DNA of 64,000 nt. Origin: Ignavibacteriota bacterium (GTDB taxonomy: Bacteria; Bacteroidota; Ignavibacteria; UBA10030; UBA6906). The stretch is taken from positions 1,248,001 through 1,312,000 of the forward strand of contig CAWDEM010000004.1 of NCBI GenBank assembly GCA_963801355.1, read 5' to 3'. Shown here in pieces: positions 37,177 through 45,977 of the stretch (its first letter is position 1; each line of letters starts with the position of its first letter). Below the pieces are notes generated by a model. It did no database searches. It was not told the DNA's origin and saw nothing but the letters and a program-made list of their open reading frames with translations. Made by a program: the position numbers and the translations under genes.

Positions 37177-37214
37177 CGATTATCCATTATCCGGTGACGG
37201 GTAATGGATAATCG
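37177..37214. terminator. Hairpin between convergent genes, probable bidirectional terminator
   Basis: CGATTATCCATTATCCG-GTGA-CGGGTAATGGATAATCG, 17-bp stem with one G-T pair. Confidence 0.7.
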
Positions 37215-37223
37215 AAGGGGGGA

Positions 37224-37694
37224 TCAGACGGCTTGAGGGGGGGTGTGTGCGGGTTGAATCGCGGGCATCCAGTCATCTCCGACGCCGTACACATGTCTGA
37301 GGTGCCAGAGCACTCCGGGTTTCGGTCTGCATACGTTTTTCTCCCACCTCTCGACCGCAACCCATGAATATCCAATCTGTGCGGCAACCTCTTTCAGTGT
37401 CAGCCCTGCGGCGATCCGTGATCTCCGCAAACGTTCTCCGAAAGATGACCCGGATTTCTGACGGTCAATCAGCTTCGATACGAACGAAGCTACTTCCTGT
37501 GCCTTGCGCTCCGAAACTGGGGTTTTCCCGTACAGTATCTGCCAGATGTACTGACGGGAGACTCCCATTGCCATGGCAACGTCGGTGATCGTGACGCCCC
37601 ATGGACGCATCTGCGTACGTATCCTTGCGCCCAGAGCAGGCGGATGTGCCGGCTCGGAATTCGGGAGATGCAGGATGTGTCCGCGGGGAATCAT
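37224..37694 (-). CDS. Tandem XRE/Cro helix-turn-helix protein (start uncertain, 37694 or 37610)
   Basis: TITDVAMAMGVSRQYIWQI and LTLKEVAAQIGYSWVAVERWEK. Confidence 0.75.
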   Translation of the reverse strand: MIPRGHILHLPNSEPAHPPALGARIRTQMRPWGVTITDVAMAMGVSRQYIWQILYGKTPVSERKAQEVASFVSKLIDRQKSGSSFGERLRRSRIAAGLTLKEVAAQIGYSWVAVERWEKNVCRPKPGVLWHLRHVYGVGDDWMPAIQPAHTPPQAV

Positions 37695-37813
37695 TATACC
37701 ACTAGTATAGAAACCCCGGGAAGATTTTCCACTGCTTTGAGATGAGCTGCTTCTAATCCCCGACGAGCCGCAGTTTTTGTCGACCAAATGCAGGCAGGAC
37801 TGGCACAACGACT

Positions 37814-40800
37814 TTAACGCCCTGCTCCATCCGGTTCGCCCCGCAGGAACCCCGCAACTCCCGTCATTATCGCATCACGTGCGGCTTGTGTGGTGATGGT
37901 CTCGAAAGGGAAACCCATGACCACGACGTTTGCCGTACCTCTATAGCCGACAGCTGCGCCAAAGAGGTTCTCACCGTACCTCAGCAGGGTGGTCCCCCCT
38001 TTGACCGCCGCGAGAGCATCAGGAGATTCCACGGGATAGATCCTGTCATTGAGGTCGGTGCAGAAGCTCACAGGGACCTTGTTTTCCAGGAAAGGAGGCG
38101 CTACGGGGACGATCGTACCCGTACGGGAGGCGTGTCCCGTGACCCAGGTGCATTTCAGCACTTCGCGGGCAAAACGCATCCCCGAGCTGTCGTGCGGCAG
38201 TATCGCATACAGGTCACTGCCAACATAGCTCCCCGAAACAAAGAACGATCCGCCGGCTTCCGTGAACTCCCGCACTTCTTCCCGAAGCCGCTCCGGGAAT
38301 GCGGCGAACCGGACTCCGAGAAGAGTGTCAAGGGAAGATCGTACGCGGTGGGTCCGCCTCTGTTCGCCCAGGATCAGGTCCACCAGAGTGTAGGCCTGAA
38401 GGTCGACGAGTGAGTCCTGAACGGCTTCTGCGCTGCACGAGCTGACTGCAAACCCGGCCGCGCGGAGGGAGGATGCATGGATCGATGGATAGTCAAAAGA
38501 GTTACCGGCGATGAGGCGTGCCTCGTCGTCCGCCATGCTCGCGCCATGCCCCGGGCCGTCGTTCGATCTGAATGGTGACTGCGGATCGAAGTCGTACTGC
38601 TGTCCGGGAAAATTGTAGTCGAGGTGATCGGGAACGCCTGCGTCCTGCAGGTTCGCGAATCCTGCGTAACGCGGTTCCTCGACGATTCCCGGTGCCGCGG
38701 TGCGGGTGAACCCGTTGACGATCAGCGCGGTGGGAGCGCGTGCGCCGATGCTGCACACTGTCAGAATCTCCGAGGGAAAGCCCTCTCCACCGGCGTTGAC
38801 AGCGGTGACCTTGTAACTCACCGGCACGCCGGTCGGGACATTGAAGGCCTGGTATGTCACGCCGTTGACGGGAGTGCCATTGTCAAACCCGCCGTCGCCG
38901 ATTCGTGTGTACACGATATAGCTGTCGGGCGAGGCGGTCGGTTCGAGCATGTCGGCAACGGGCCACCAGCCGAGGAGAACGTCGCCGTGGGAGGTCAGCT
39001 CGGCGGAAAAATGCGAAACCGGCAGGGGCTGCACGACATAGGCCGGGTTGTCCGGTATCGAGAGGTACCGCAGCATGGATTTGTAGATCGCCCGGGAGAC
39101 GTCAAACCGGAATTGCGGATCCTGCATGAACTTCATGTCCAGGAAATTCTGGTGGGACAGAAGTTCGAGAAGCACGCTGGGAAAATTCGGGCGGACGCAT
39201 TCAGAGTAATCTGCGTTTCTCAACTCCCTGCGGCGCCAGGCCGGATCGTGCAGCACCCGGATATCACTCACGATCTGCGATTGCATGATGTCGGCAAAGT
39301 CCCGGTTGGCAAGGCGGGAGACGCCGTCAGGGAACGTCAGGGATGAATCGAAGGCCTCGATGCTGTAGATGGACAATGTCCCGACGGTTGTGTCATTCGA
39401 CGTAATGCCCGCGTCCGTGTGGAAGGCGAGCGAGAGATCCATGGGGATGCCGAGGCCCGGCACTGATCTGTCCTTGTTCGGACCAAAGGGGGATCCGAAG
39501 AGGTAGTTGCCGTACTCCGCGCGGCTCTGGTAATCGTCTTTGTAGTCATTGATGTCGTTGTTAAGACTGTACACGAGTGTGTCCGGCATGCCGGCGAACT
39601 GCAGGTAGTAGCGGGCACCTTCGTTGAATCGCGGGCGGCCGCTTGCCGCACCACCCCTCTCGACCACTCCCATACCTCCGCCGAAACGGACGGCATCCGC
39701 GGTGACGTACCTGTCCGGCTGGCTACTCCGGTTGGTGAGGACAACCTGGCCGCTCTCCGGATGCGTACCGGCACGAAATGTGAATACCCCGAGACGATGC
39801 CAGGTGCCCCCGCCGATGCGCTGGTTCACGCGGAATGTGGTGCTTCCGCCGGCATGAAACACCGTATACTCTGCGTTGGACACGTTGCTGTCAGCCATCG
39901 CATAGGAGATGGACACGGCGTAGTCGCCTGTCTCGGGGATGGCGGGTATCCAGCGGATTTCTGCTGAGGCCCCGGCGTCACTCAACGCCCGGCGCGCCGT
40001 CCCCAACCGGAACGGATTCGTGTTGCCTGCAAGGGTGCGTGACGGCCGGAAGCCGGGGGTGATCGTTTTCCAGCCATGCGCAGGGTCTGTGCTGCGCTCA
40101 CTGTAGGATGACGGGAGCGAATCGTTGTCGACGATCACTTCATGAGTCTGTACATCGCGTTCACGCGGCACAAAGACACGGGCGCCCGCGTTCTCCAGCA
40201 TCGGAATGAGATAGGGAATTGTGAATGACAGCGGGCCAAGATCTTCCACCGACTGAAACAGCCTGGGCCGTTGCCACTCCCACCGTTTCTCAGTGTTATT
40301 GTAGTACCAACCATGGCTGTGCCAGAGGGAGATGTTGCGATTGAGAAGTCCGCGGACGGGCACCGACAGACGGTTCGTACGTGAGACCACCGGCTCAACA
40401 AGCGAAGAACGGTTGACCGGGATCCTGTTCTTGTCGTAATGTGCCGTGTCCCGCCTGAAGAAATTCGGGATGAGTTCTTCGATGGGGGTCCGGAGCGTCC
40501 GGACGCTGTAGCGATAGCCGTTGAACCTCTCACCGAAGAAATCCCGTATTCCCGCATAGACCGTATCGACATCGGGCTGCCGGAATGGCATCATGGAAAA
40601 CTCCCTGCTCAGGAACACGTCGAGTGTGCGGGACGTGTCGTTCACCATGATGGAGTCGATCTTCGTTCCTGGAGGGGCAGGGAACTTGACGTCGTGCTTC
40701 TGAATTGCTTCACCGAGCGCCTTGCGATATTCCTCGGTGGTCGGTTGTGTCGTGATGCAACCGGCGAGCAAAGCGGCCGCGATGAAGAGCGGCCACGATT

Positions 40801-40870
40801 TTCTCTGGAAACCGCGACAATGCGAAGCCATTGCTATTCCTCGGCGACAACGTGTGTACCCGCAGCGCAT
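37814..40870 (-). CDS. Lipoprotein with Amidase_3-like, golvesin-like and FN3 domains ('xanthan lyase'-type family; start uncertain)
   Basis: LAGC lipobox; WHSHG, SVED, AFHTDA, LLELLSH; VNQRIGGGTW..LG..ADAVRFG; SYKVTAVNAGGE. Confidence 0.75.
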   Translation of the reverse strand: MRCGYTRCRRGIAMASHCRGFQRKSWPLFIAAALLAGCITTQPTTEEYRKALGEAIQKHDVKFPAPPGTKIDSIMVNDTSRTLDVFLSREFSMMPFRQPDVDTVYAGIRDFFGERFNGYRYSVRTLRTPIEELIPNFFRRDTAHYDKNRIPVNRSSLVEPVVSRTNRLSVPVRGLLNRNISLWHSHGWYYNNTEKRWEWQRPRLFQSVEDLGPLSFTIPYLIPMLENAGARVFVPRERDVQTHEVIVDNDSLPSSYSERSTDPAHGWKTITPGFRPSRTLAGNTNPFRLGTARRALSDAGASAEIRWIPAIPETGDYAVSISYAMADSNVSNAEYTVFHAGGSTTFRVNQRIGGGTWHRLGVFTFRAGTHPESGQVVLTNRSSQPDRYVTADAVRFGGGMGVVERGGAASGRPRFNEGARYYLQFAGMPDTLVYSLNNDINDYKDDYQSRAEYGNYLFGSPFGPNKDRSVPGLGIPMDLSLAFHTDAGITSNDTTVGTLSIYSIEAFDSSLTFPDGVSRLANRDFADIMQSQIVSDIRVLHDPAWRRRELRNADYSECVRPNFPSVLLELLSHQNFLDMKFMQDPQFRFDVSRAIYKSMLRYLSIPDNPAYVVQPLPVSHFSAELTSHGDVLLGWWPVADMLEPTASPDSYIVYTRIGDGGFDNGTPVNGVTYQAFNVPTGVPVSYKVTAVNAGGEGFPSEILTVCSIGARAPTALIVNGFTRTAAPGIVEEPRYAGFANLQDAGVPDHLDYNFPGQQYDFDPQSPFRSNDGPGHGASMADDEARLIAGNSFDYPSIHASSLRAAGFAVSSCSAEAVQDSLVDLQAYTLVDLILGEQRRTHRVRSSLDTLLGVRFAAFPERLREEVREFTEAGGSFFVSGSYVGSDLYAILPHDSSGMRFAREVLKCTWVTGHASRTGTIVPVAPPFLENKVPVSFCTDLNDRIYPVESPDALAAVKGGTTLLRYGENLFGAAVGYRGTANVVVMGFPFETITTQAARDAIMTGVAGFLRGEPDGAGR

Positions 40871-41835
40871 CAGTAGAAATTTCTCTCCCACGCATGTTGA
40901 CGGAGCATGGTCATCAATGCGGAGGAGAGCCGGCGGCCGTCAGAGACGGCGCAATTCCGCTCGACATTCCCAGTGCTGCGCATGCCGGCAATGACCGTGG
41001 ACACGGCTGCAGGTTGCAGGCAGAATCTGAGTGCGAGTTCCGGGAGGGATGCAACTTCTTTGCCCAGAAGCATTTTCAACCGTTCCACCCGTTCGGCAAC
41101 CTGTTGTTTGCGGTCCCCCCGAAAATACCGGTTGCGGAAATCGCCCCGGGGAAATGTCGCGTCGGGTGTAATCGCGCCGGTCAGGCCCCCTTCGTCGAAC
41201 GGGACCCTCACAATCACCCCGACATTCTCTTGCTCACAGAGTGGCAACAGCGCCCGCAGAGGTGTCTGATCGAAAATATTGAATATGACCTGGACGGTGT
41301 CGATTTTGCCCGAACGGACGGCCTGGAGGGCATTCTCAGGCTGATGGTCGTTGATGGAGATGCCGACATGACGGATCTTGCCCTTCGCCTTCAGAGTGCT
41401 GACAGCTTCGTACCATTCCGAGACGTCCGTCCAGTCATCCTGCCAGACGTGGAATTGTTGGAGATCAATGGTGTCGACGCCCAATCGCTCCAGGCTCTCT
41501 TCCGTGCATTTGATGATATGGGCGTAGGGGAAGGCTTCGGAAAGCGGGCAGCCGGGCCTTGCGGGCCAGAGCATGTTCTTCGGAGGGATTTTCGTGGCTA
41601 CCACGATGCGTTCCTTGTGTTCCCGCAGAAACTGCCGGATGAGTTCCTCACTATGGCCTTCGCCATAGACATAGGCCGTGTCAATGAAATTAATGCCGAG
41701 GTCGGCTGCCCGGTGGAGGGCACGCAGGGACTCGTCGTCTGTTGCCCCCAGCCACATGGAGCCGCCGATGCCCCAGGCGCCAAAGCCGATTTCGGAGACC
41801 TGCATGTCAGTTTTACCGAGAGTGCGGAGTTTCAT
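40870..41835 (-). CDS. Aldo/keto reductase
   Basis: LGKT..VSEIGFGAW, FIDTAYVYG, ATK, SLERL..DTIDL.QFH motifs. Confidence 0.92.
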   Translation of the reverse strand: MKLRTLGKTDMQVSEIGFGAWGIGGSMWLGATDDESLRALHRAADLGINFIDTAYVYGEGHSEELIRQFLREHKERIVVATKIPPKNMLWPARPGCPLSEAFPYAHIIKCTEESLERLGVDTIDLQQFHVWQDDWTDVSEWYEAVSTLKAKGKIRHVGISINDHQPENALQAVRSGKIDTVQVIFNIFDQTPLRALLPLCEQENVGVIVRVPFDEGGLTGAITPDATFPRGDFRNRYFRGDRKQQVAERVERLKMLLGKEVASLPELALRFCLQPAAVSTVIAGMRSTGNVERNCAVSDGRRLSSALMTMLRQHAWERNFY

Positions 41836-41951
41836 GGGAGTACTTTCAGCGGGTCAATAGTGGAGCCAGGCTCATGAAGTATAGCAATGCCGGGAGAGAA
41901 ACACAAGACTATTGACTTGATGCTTGCCAACTGGTTTTGTACATTTACGTC

Positions 41952-43397
41952 ATGGATCAGCCGCGTTCAAACCCGCTCAGTTCCGTTGTCCGGCCCACGA
42001 TCTATGTCACATTGGTCCGTGAAGGCACCCCCGAGCTCACCCTGAAGTTCCACGATCGGTTTCTCATCGGTAATTCCCAGGATTGTGAAGTGGTGCTCGA
42101 AGACACTGACGTGAGTCCGGTCCACGCAGAAGTCTGGTTCGAGAAAGGGAGCTGGTGGCTTCGGGACAGGAGTGGCAAGGGAGAGACCTACCTTAACGGA
42201 CAACCCATTGACACTCTCGAATTGGAGAATGAGACGGAGATATTGTTCGGCATGGGTGGCCAGGTTTTGATGTTCGATGTGCGCGCAATGCCGCACCATG
42301 TCCTCACAAAAGCGGTGCGTCAGGCCTTCCGGAAGAGCGGGTACGTTCCGGTGGGTGAATACCGGCTGGCGACCCACCGGCTTCTCACCCGATTCCTCCG
42401 CCATCAAGCGAGGAAATATGGTTGGATTATCGCGGTTCTGGCTGTAGTCGCAGCGGGCGCAGGCGGCTATGCGTATATCAAACACCGGCAGCTCGAAAAA
42501 CAGCAAGCACTGGCGCAAGATGTCTTCTATGAAATGAAGGAGATCGAGCTGGCCCTCGCACGGCTCGAACAACGGATCACCGCGCGGGGCGATACGCTTT
42601 CGACCGCTGAATTGCAGGCGTCCCGCTCGCGTTTACTGCAATTGAACGCCAGCTACGACAAATACATCAGCGAGCTCGGAGTCTACAAGGAAGGGATGGA
42701 TGAGAGCAACCGGACGATTCTCCGTGTCGCGAGGATGTTCGGCGAATGCGAGCTCACGATGCCCCCCGATTTTGTGGGCGAAGTGAAACGGTACATCGGT
42801 CTCTGGAAGCTTTCCAGCAGGCTTGTGCATTCCCTTGAGCGGGCGGAGAGGCTCGGGTACACGGACCTGATCTCCCGGACCTTGATGGAAGAGCACATGC
42901 CACCGCAATTCTTTTTCCTCGCGCTGCAGGAAAGTGAATTCGACAGCTCGGCAGTCGGCCCACCCACCGACTACGGCATTGCAAAGGGAATGTGGCAATT
43001 CATCCCCATGACCGCCACGCAGTACGGTCTGAAGACAGGGCCGCTCAAGGAATTTGCGCGGATGGATCCTCGGGACGAGAGGCACCGGGTTGGCAAAGCG
43101 AGTCGGGCGGCGGCAAAGTACATTCGCGATATTTACAACACGGAAGCGCAGGCCTCGGGCCTGCTGGTCATGGCCTCCTACAATTGGGGACACAATATTG
43201 TGAAGAAGCTTGTCCGCCAGCTTCCGGAGAACCCGCGGGAACGCAACTTCTGGAAATTCCTGTCCGCATACAAGGGAAAGATCCCGCAGCAGACGTACGA
43301 TTATGTGTTCATGATCGTTTCCGCCGCTTGTATATGCGAGAACCCCGGCCTCTTCGGTTTTTCCTTTGCAAAGCCGCTCCGTGAAGCGGCGCAGTAG
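41952..43397 (+). CDS. FHA domain - TM - coiled coil - lytic transglycosylase (SLT) fusion
   Basis: FLIGN..VSPVHA..TYLNG; TM helix; LQESEF, GMWQF, ASYNWG motifs. Confidence 0.85.
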   Translation: MDQPRSNPLSSVVRPTIYVTLVREGTPELTLKFHDRFLIGNSQDCEVVLEDTDVSPVHAEVWFEKGSWWLRDRSGKGETYLNGQPIDTLELENETEILFGMGGQVLMFDVRAMPHHVLTKAVRQAFRKSGYVPVGEYRLATHRLLTRFLRHQARKYGWIIAVLAVVAAGAGGYAYIKHRQLEKQQALAQDVFYEMKEIELALARLEQRITARGDTLSTAELQASRSRLLQLNASYDKYISELGVYKEGMDESNRTILRVARMFGECELTMPPDFVGEVKRYIGLWKLSSRLVHSLERAERLGYTDLISRTLMEEHMPPQFFFLALQESEFDSSAVGPPTDYGIAKGMWQFIPMTATQYGLKTGPLKEFARMDPRDERHRVGKASRAAAKYIRDIYNTEAQASGLLVMASYNWGHNIVKKLVRQLPENPRERNFWKFLSAYKGKIPQQTYDYVFMIVSAACICENPGLFGFSFAKPLREAAQ

Positions 43398-43434
43398 AAC
43401 CTTGCGTTGAGCGGGCTACCACCTCTCCAGGCCT

Positions 43435-44934
43435 ATGGCAACGACAGCCCTCCATCTCCTCGGTTTTGATCTCGGTGCAAGCAGCGGCCGTGCGATCCTC
43501 GGGCGCTATGATGGCCGGCGGCTGAGCGTCGAGACTGTCCACCAGTTTTCCAATGGACCGGTCTATTGTGCAGGCCGGATGTACTGGGACGTTCTCCGGT
43601 TCATGTCGGAAATCCAGGAGGGGATCCGAAAGGGAGTACAAGAGGCCGGCGGTCTGATCACCTCGATGGGCATCGACACATGGGGAGTGGACTTTGGCCT
43701 TCTGGACGGAAGGGGCGAGCTGCTGGGGAATCCCTATCATTACCGCGATCCCCGGACGGACGGAATGTTCGCAGAGGCCTTTAAGAGAATGCCCCGCGAG
43801 CAGATCTTCGCTCTGACCGGCGTGGCGTTTCAACCGTTCAATACGCTCTATCAGTTGCTTGCGACACGGCTCGAAGCGCCCGCAATTCTTGAGAATGCAT
43901 CCTGTTTGCTCATGATGCCCGATCTGCTTGCCTACCTGCTGACGGGAGTGAAAGGAACGGAGTACACGGATGCGAGCACGACGCAAATGCTTGACGCGGC
44001 GTCGCGCACATGGAACACGCAGCTCCTCACGGCGATGGATCTGCCCGAACATCTGTTCGGCATTCCTTCCCCTCCCGGCGCGATCCGGGGTATGCTGTCG
44101 CGGTCGATCGCAGCCGACCTTGGCATTGCGCCCTTTCCGGTCATCGCTGTTGCCGGGCATGATACGGCGTCGGCAGTTGTTGCTACACCGCTTTCAGGAG
44201 CGGGAAGCGCCTACCTCAGCAGCGGGACATGGTCTCTCCTGGGAGCCGAGATCGGCAGTCCGTGCCTCGATCCCGAAGTGATGCGCTGGAACTTCACAAA
44301 CGAAGGAGGGGTCGGGGGGACCTACAGGCTGCTGCGGAATGTGATGGGACTCTGGATACTGCAGGAATGTCAGCGCTACTGGAAAGCTGCGGGCCATGAA
44401 CGATCGTACACCGATCTCGTTGCACTCGCAGAAGCCAGTGAGGCGGGCGGTGCGCTCATCGATCCCGATCATCCCGTGTTCTATGCGCCGGGAGACATGG
44501 AGCAACGGATCAGGTTGTTCTGCGAGCGGACCGGGCAGAGCCCGCCCGGGACCGAAGGTGCGACAGTGCGTTGCATACTGACAAGTCTTGCCCTGAAGTA
44601 CCGCCTGGTTCTTGAGCGGCTGGATTGCCTTGTGGGTGCGCGTGTGAGTTCCCTTCACATCGTAGGTGGCGGCGCACGCAATCATCTGCTCAACCGTCTC
44701 ACGGCTGAGGTGTGTGGCAGGCCGGTTTCCGCGGGCCCATTTGAAGCGACAGCCATCGGCAACATCCTGATGCAGCTCATGGCCTGCGGAGAACTCCGGA
44801 ATCCGGAGGAAATGCGCGCGTTGGTGCGTTGCTCGTTCCCCGTGCACACCTACGACGCACAAGGGACCGGCCACTACGACGAAGTGTACGGGCACTTTCT
44901 TGATTTGATCGAAGCTGGAGAGCAGAGAGAATGA
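43435..44934 (+). CDS. rhaB: Rhamnulokinase-like FGGY kinase
   Basis: DLGASSGR, IDTWGVDF, YRDPRT, HDTASA, SSGTWSL, TNEGG, EATAIGN motifs. Confidence 0.85.
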   Translation: MATTALHLLGFDLGASSGRAILGRYDGRRLSVETVHQFSNGPVYCAGRMYWDVLRFMSEIQEGIRKGVQEAGGLITSMGIDTWGVDFGLLDGRGELLGNPYHYRDPRTDGMFAEAFKRMPREQIFALTGVAFQPFNTLYQLLATRLEAPAILENASCLLMMPDLLAYLLTGVKGTEYTDASTTQMLDAASRTWNTQLLTAMDLPEHLFGIPSPPGAIRGMLSRSIAADLGIAPFPVIAVAGHDTASAVVATPLSGAGSAYLSSGTWSLLGAEIGSPCLDPEVMRWNFTNEGGVGGTYRLLRNVMGLWILQECQRYWKAAGHERSYTDLVALAEASEAGGALIDPDHPVFYAPGDMEQRIRLFCERTGQSPPGTEGATVRCILTSLALKYRLVLERLDCLVGARVSSLHIVGGGARNHLLNRLTAEVCGRPVSAGPFEATAIGNILMQLMACGELRNPEEMRALVRCSFPVHTYDAQGTGHYDEVYGHFLDLIEAGEQRE

Positions 44935-45809
44935 ATCCGAACAGAACGCAATCCTCCCGGATGCATCCGTCAGAGGATCTGCACGCCGGTGAGACCGCGT
45001 TGCGACTGGACTGCGATCACGCCAGTGATACTCTTATTATGAGTTTCGCGGTTTTTCCGGCTCCCGACGGAAAACCCCGTTTTGATTTCGTCCGCGCGAC
45101 GTCTGCATTGCATGCCAAACGGATCTATGTGCGCGACGTGCATGAGCGTTGGTATCAGAAGGGAACGGCCCTGCTGGGCGGGAGTGTGCCCGAGGTCGCC
45201 GCGTCACTCCGGAACATCGTCGACGGCCAGCATGTCAGTCGCGTCATTGCGATCGGGAATTCCGGGGGAGGTTTCGCCGCCATTCTGTTCGGGGTCATGC
45301 TGGGTGTCGACGAGATCCATGCATTCAATCCCCCGACGCGGCTCATGGTTCCCGACGACACAAGTTTTCCCGAACAACTCCTGGCCCTGCAAAAGGAGTT
45401 CCCGCCGGGGAAGCCGTTCATGGATCTCCGCGTTGTCCTCGAAGAGCACCTGAGACCAACTACGCGCATCACTATCCATTATTCCAGGGGCGACAAGAGC
45501 GACCGTCGCCATGCTCTCTACCTTTCATCATTCCCCAATGTGCGGGTCTTCGAATACCCCATCATCGTTCATCATCTGGCAAAGTTCTGCAGTTCGCGAG
45601 GTCTTCTAGCCCCGCTTCTTGCCGCAGTAGTCGACGGCGATGAGGCCCGTTTTGCACAGCTTGTCGAGACCATCAAAAAGAAGGCGGCTGTGACGTATAT
45701 CCCGAACCGGGTGATCTGGTTCTTCGAAAAATCGTGGGGCCGGGCGGTCCGCTACGCGCATCAAATCTTCATCTTTTTCATGGGCTCGGAGCTTTTCGGG
45801 ATTTTCTAA
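44931..45809 (+). CDS. Alpha/beta-hydrolase-fold hypothetical protein
   Basis: GNSGGG nucleophile elbow; overlaps rhaB stop. Confidence 0.6.
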   Translation: MNPNRTQSSRMHPSEDLHAGETALRLDCDHASDTLIMSFAVFPAPDGKPRFDFVRATSALHAKRIYVRDVHERWYQKGTALLGGSVPEVAASLRNIVDGQHVSRVIAIGNSGGGFAAILFGVMLGVDEIHAFNPPTRLMVPDDTSFPEQLLALQKEFPPGKPFMDLRVVLEEHLRPTTRITIHYSRGDKSDRRHALYLSSFPNVRVFEYPIIVHHLAKFCSSRGLLAPLLAAVVDGDEARFAQLVETIKKKAAVTYIPNRVIWFFEKSWGRAVRYAHQIFIFFMGSELFGIF

Positions 45810-45977
45810 TTCCCTGTGCCTGCCGTTGTTTCTTTGCCCGTTGTTGCGTATCTTGAGATCCCCGGGGGGAATCCATTAGTCCATTTCCATGATGAAGGAC
45901 TGGCTCAAGCGGGTCATTTGACCGCACGAGTGCAATGGTTTTGTGCCTTCTGACAACAGAGCAGGACGAGGTGAACA

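Noticed and set aside
45852-45909. Possible multi-stem riboswitch upstream of the SGNH gene
   Set aside because: No match to a riboswitch consensus I know; the outer stem overlaps a likely -10 (TTGTTT-17-TATCTT) and would not be transcribed
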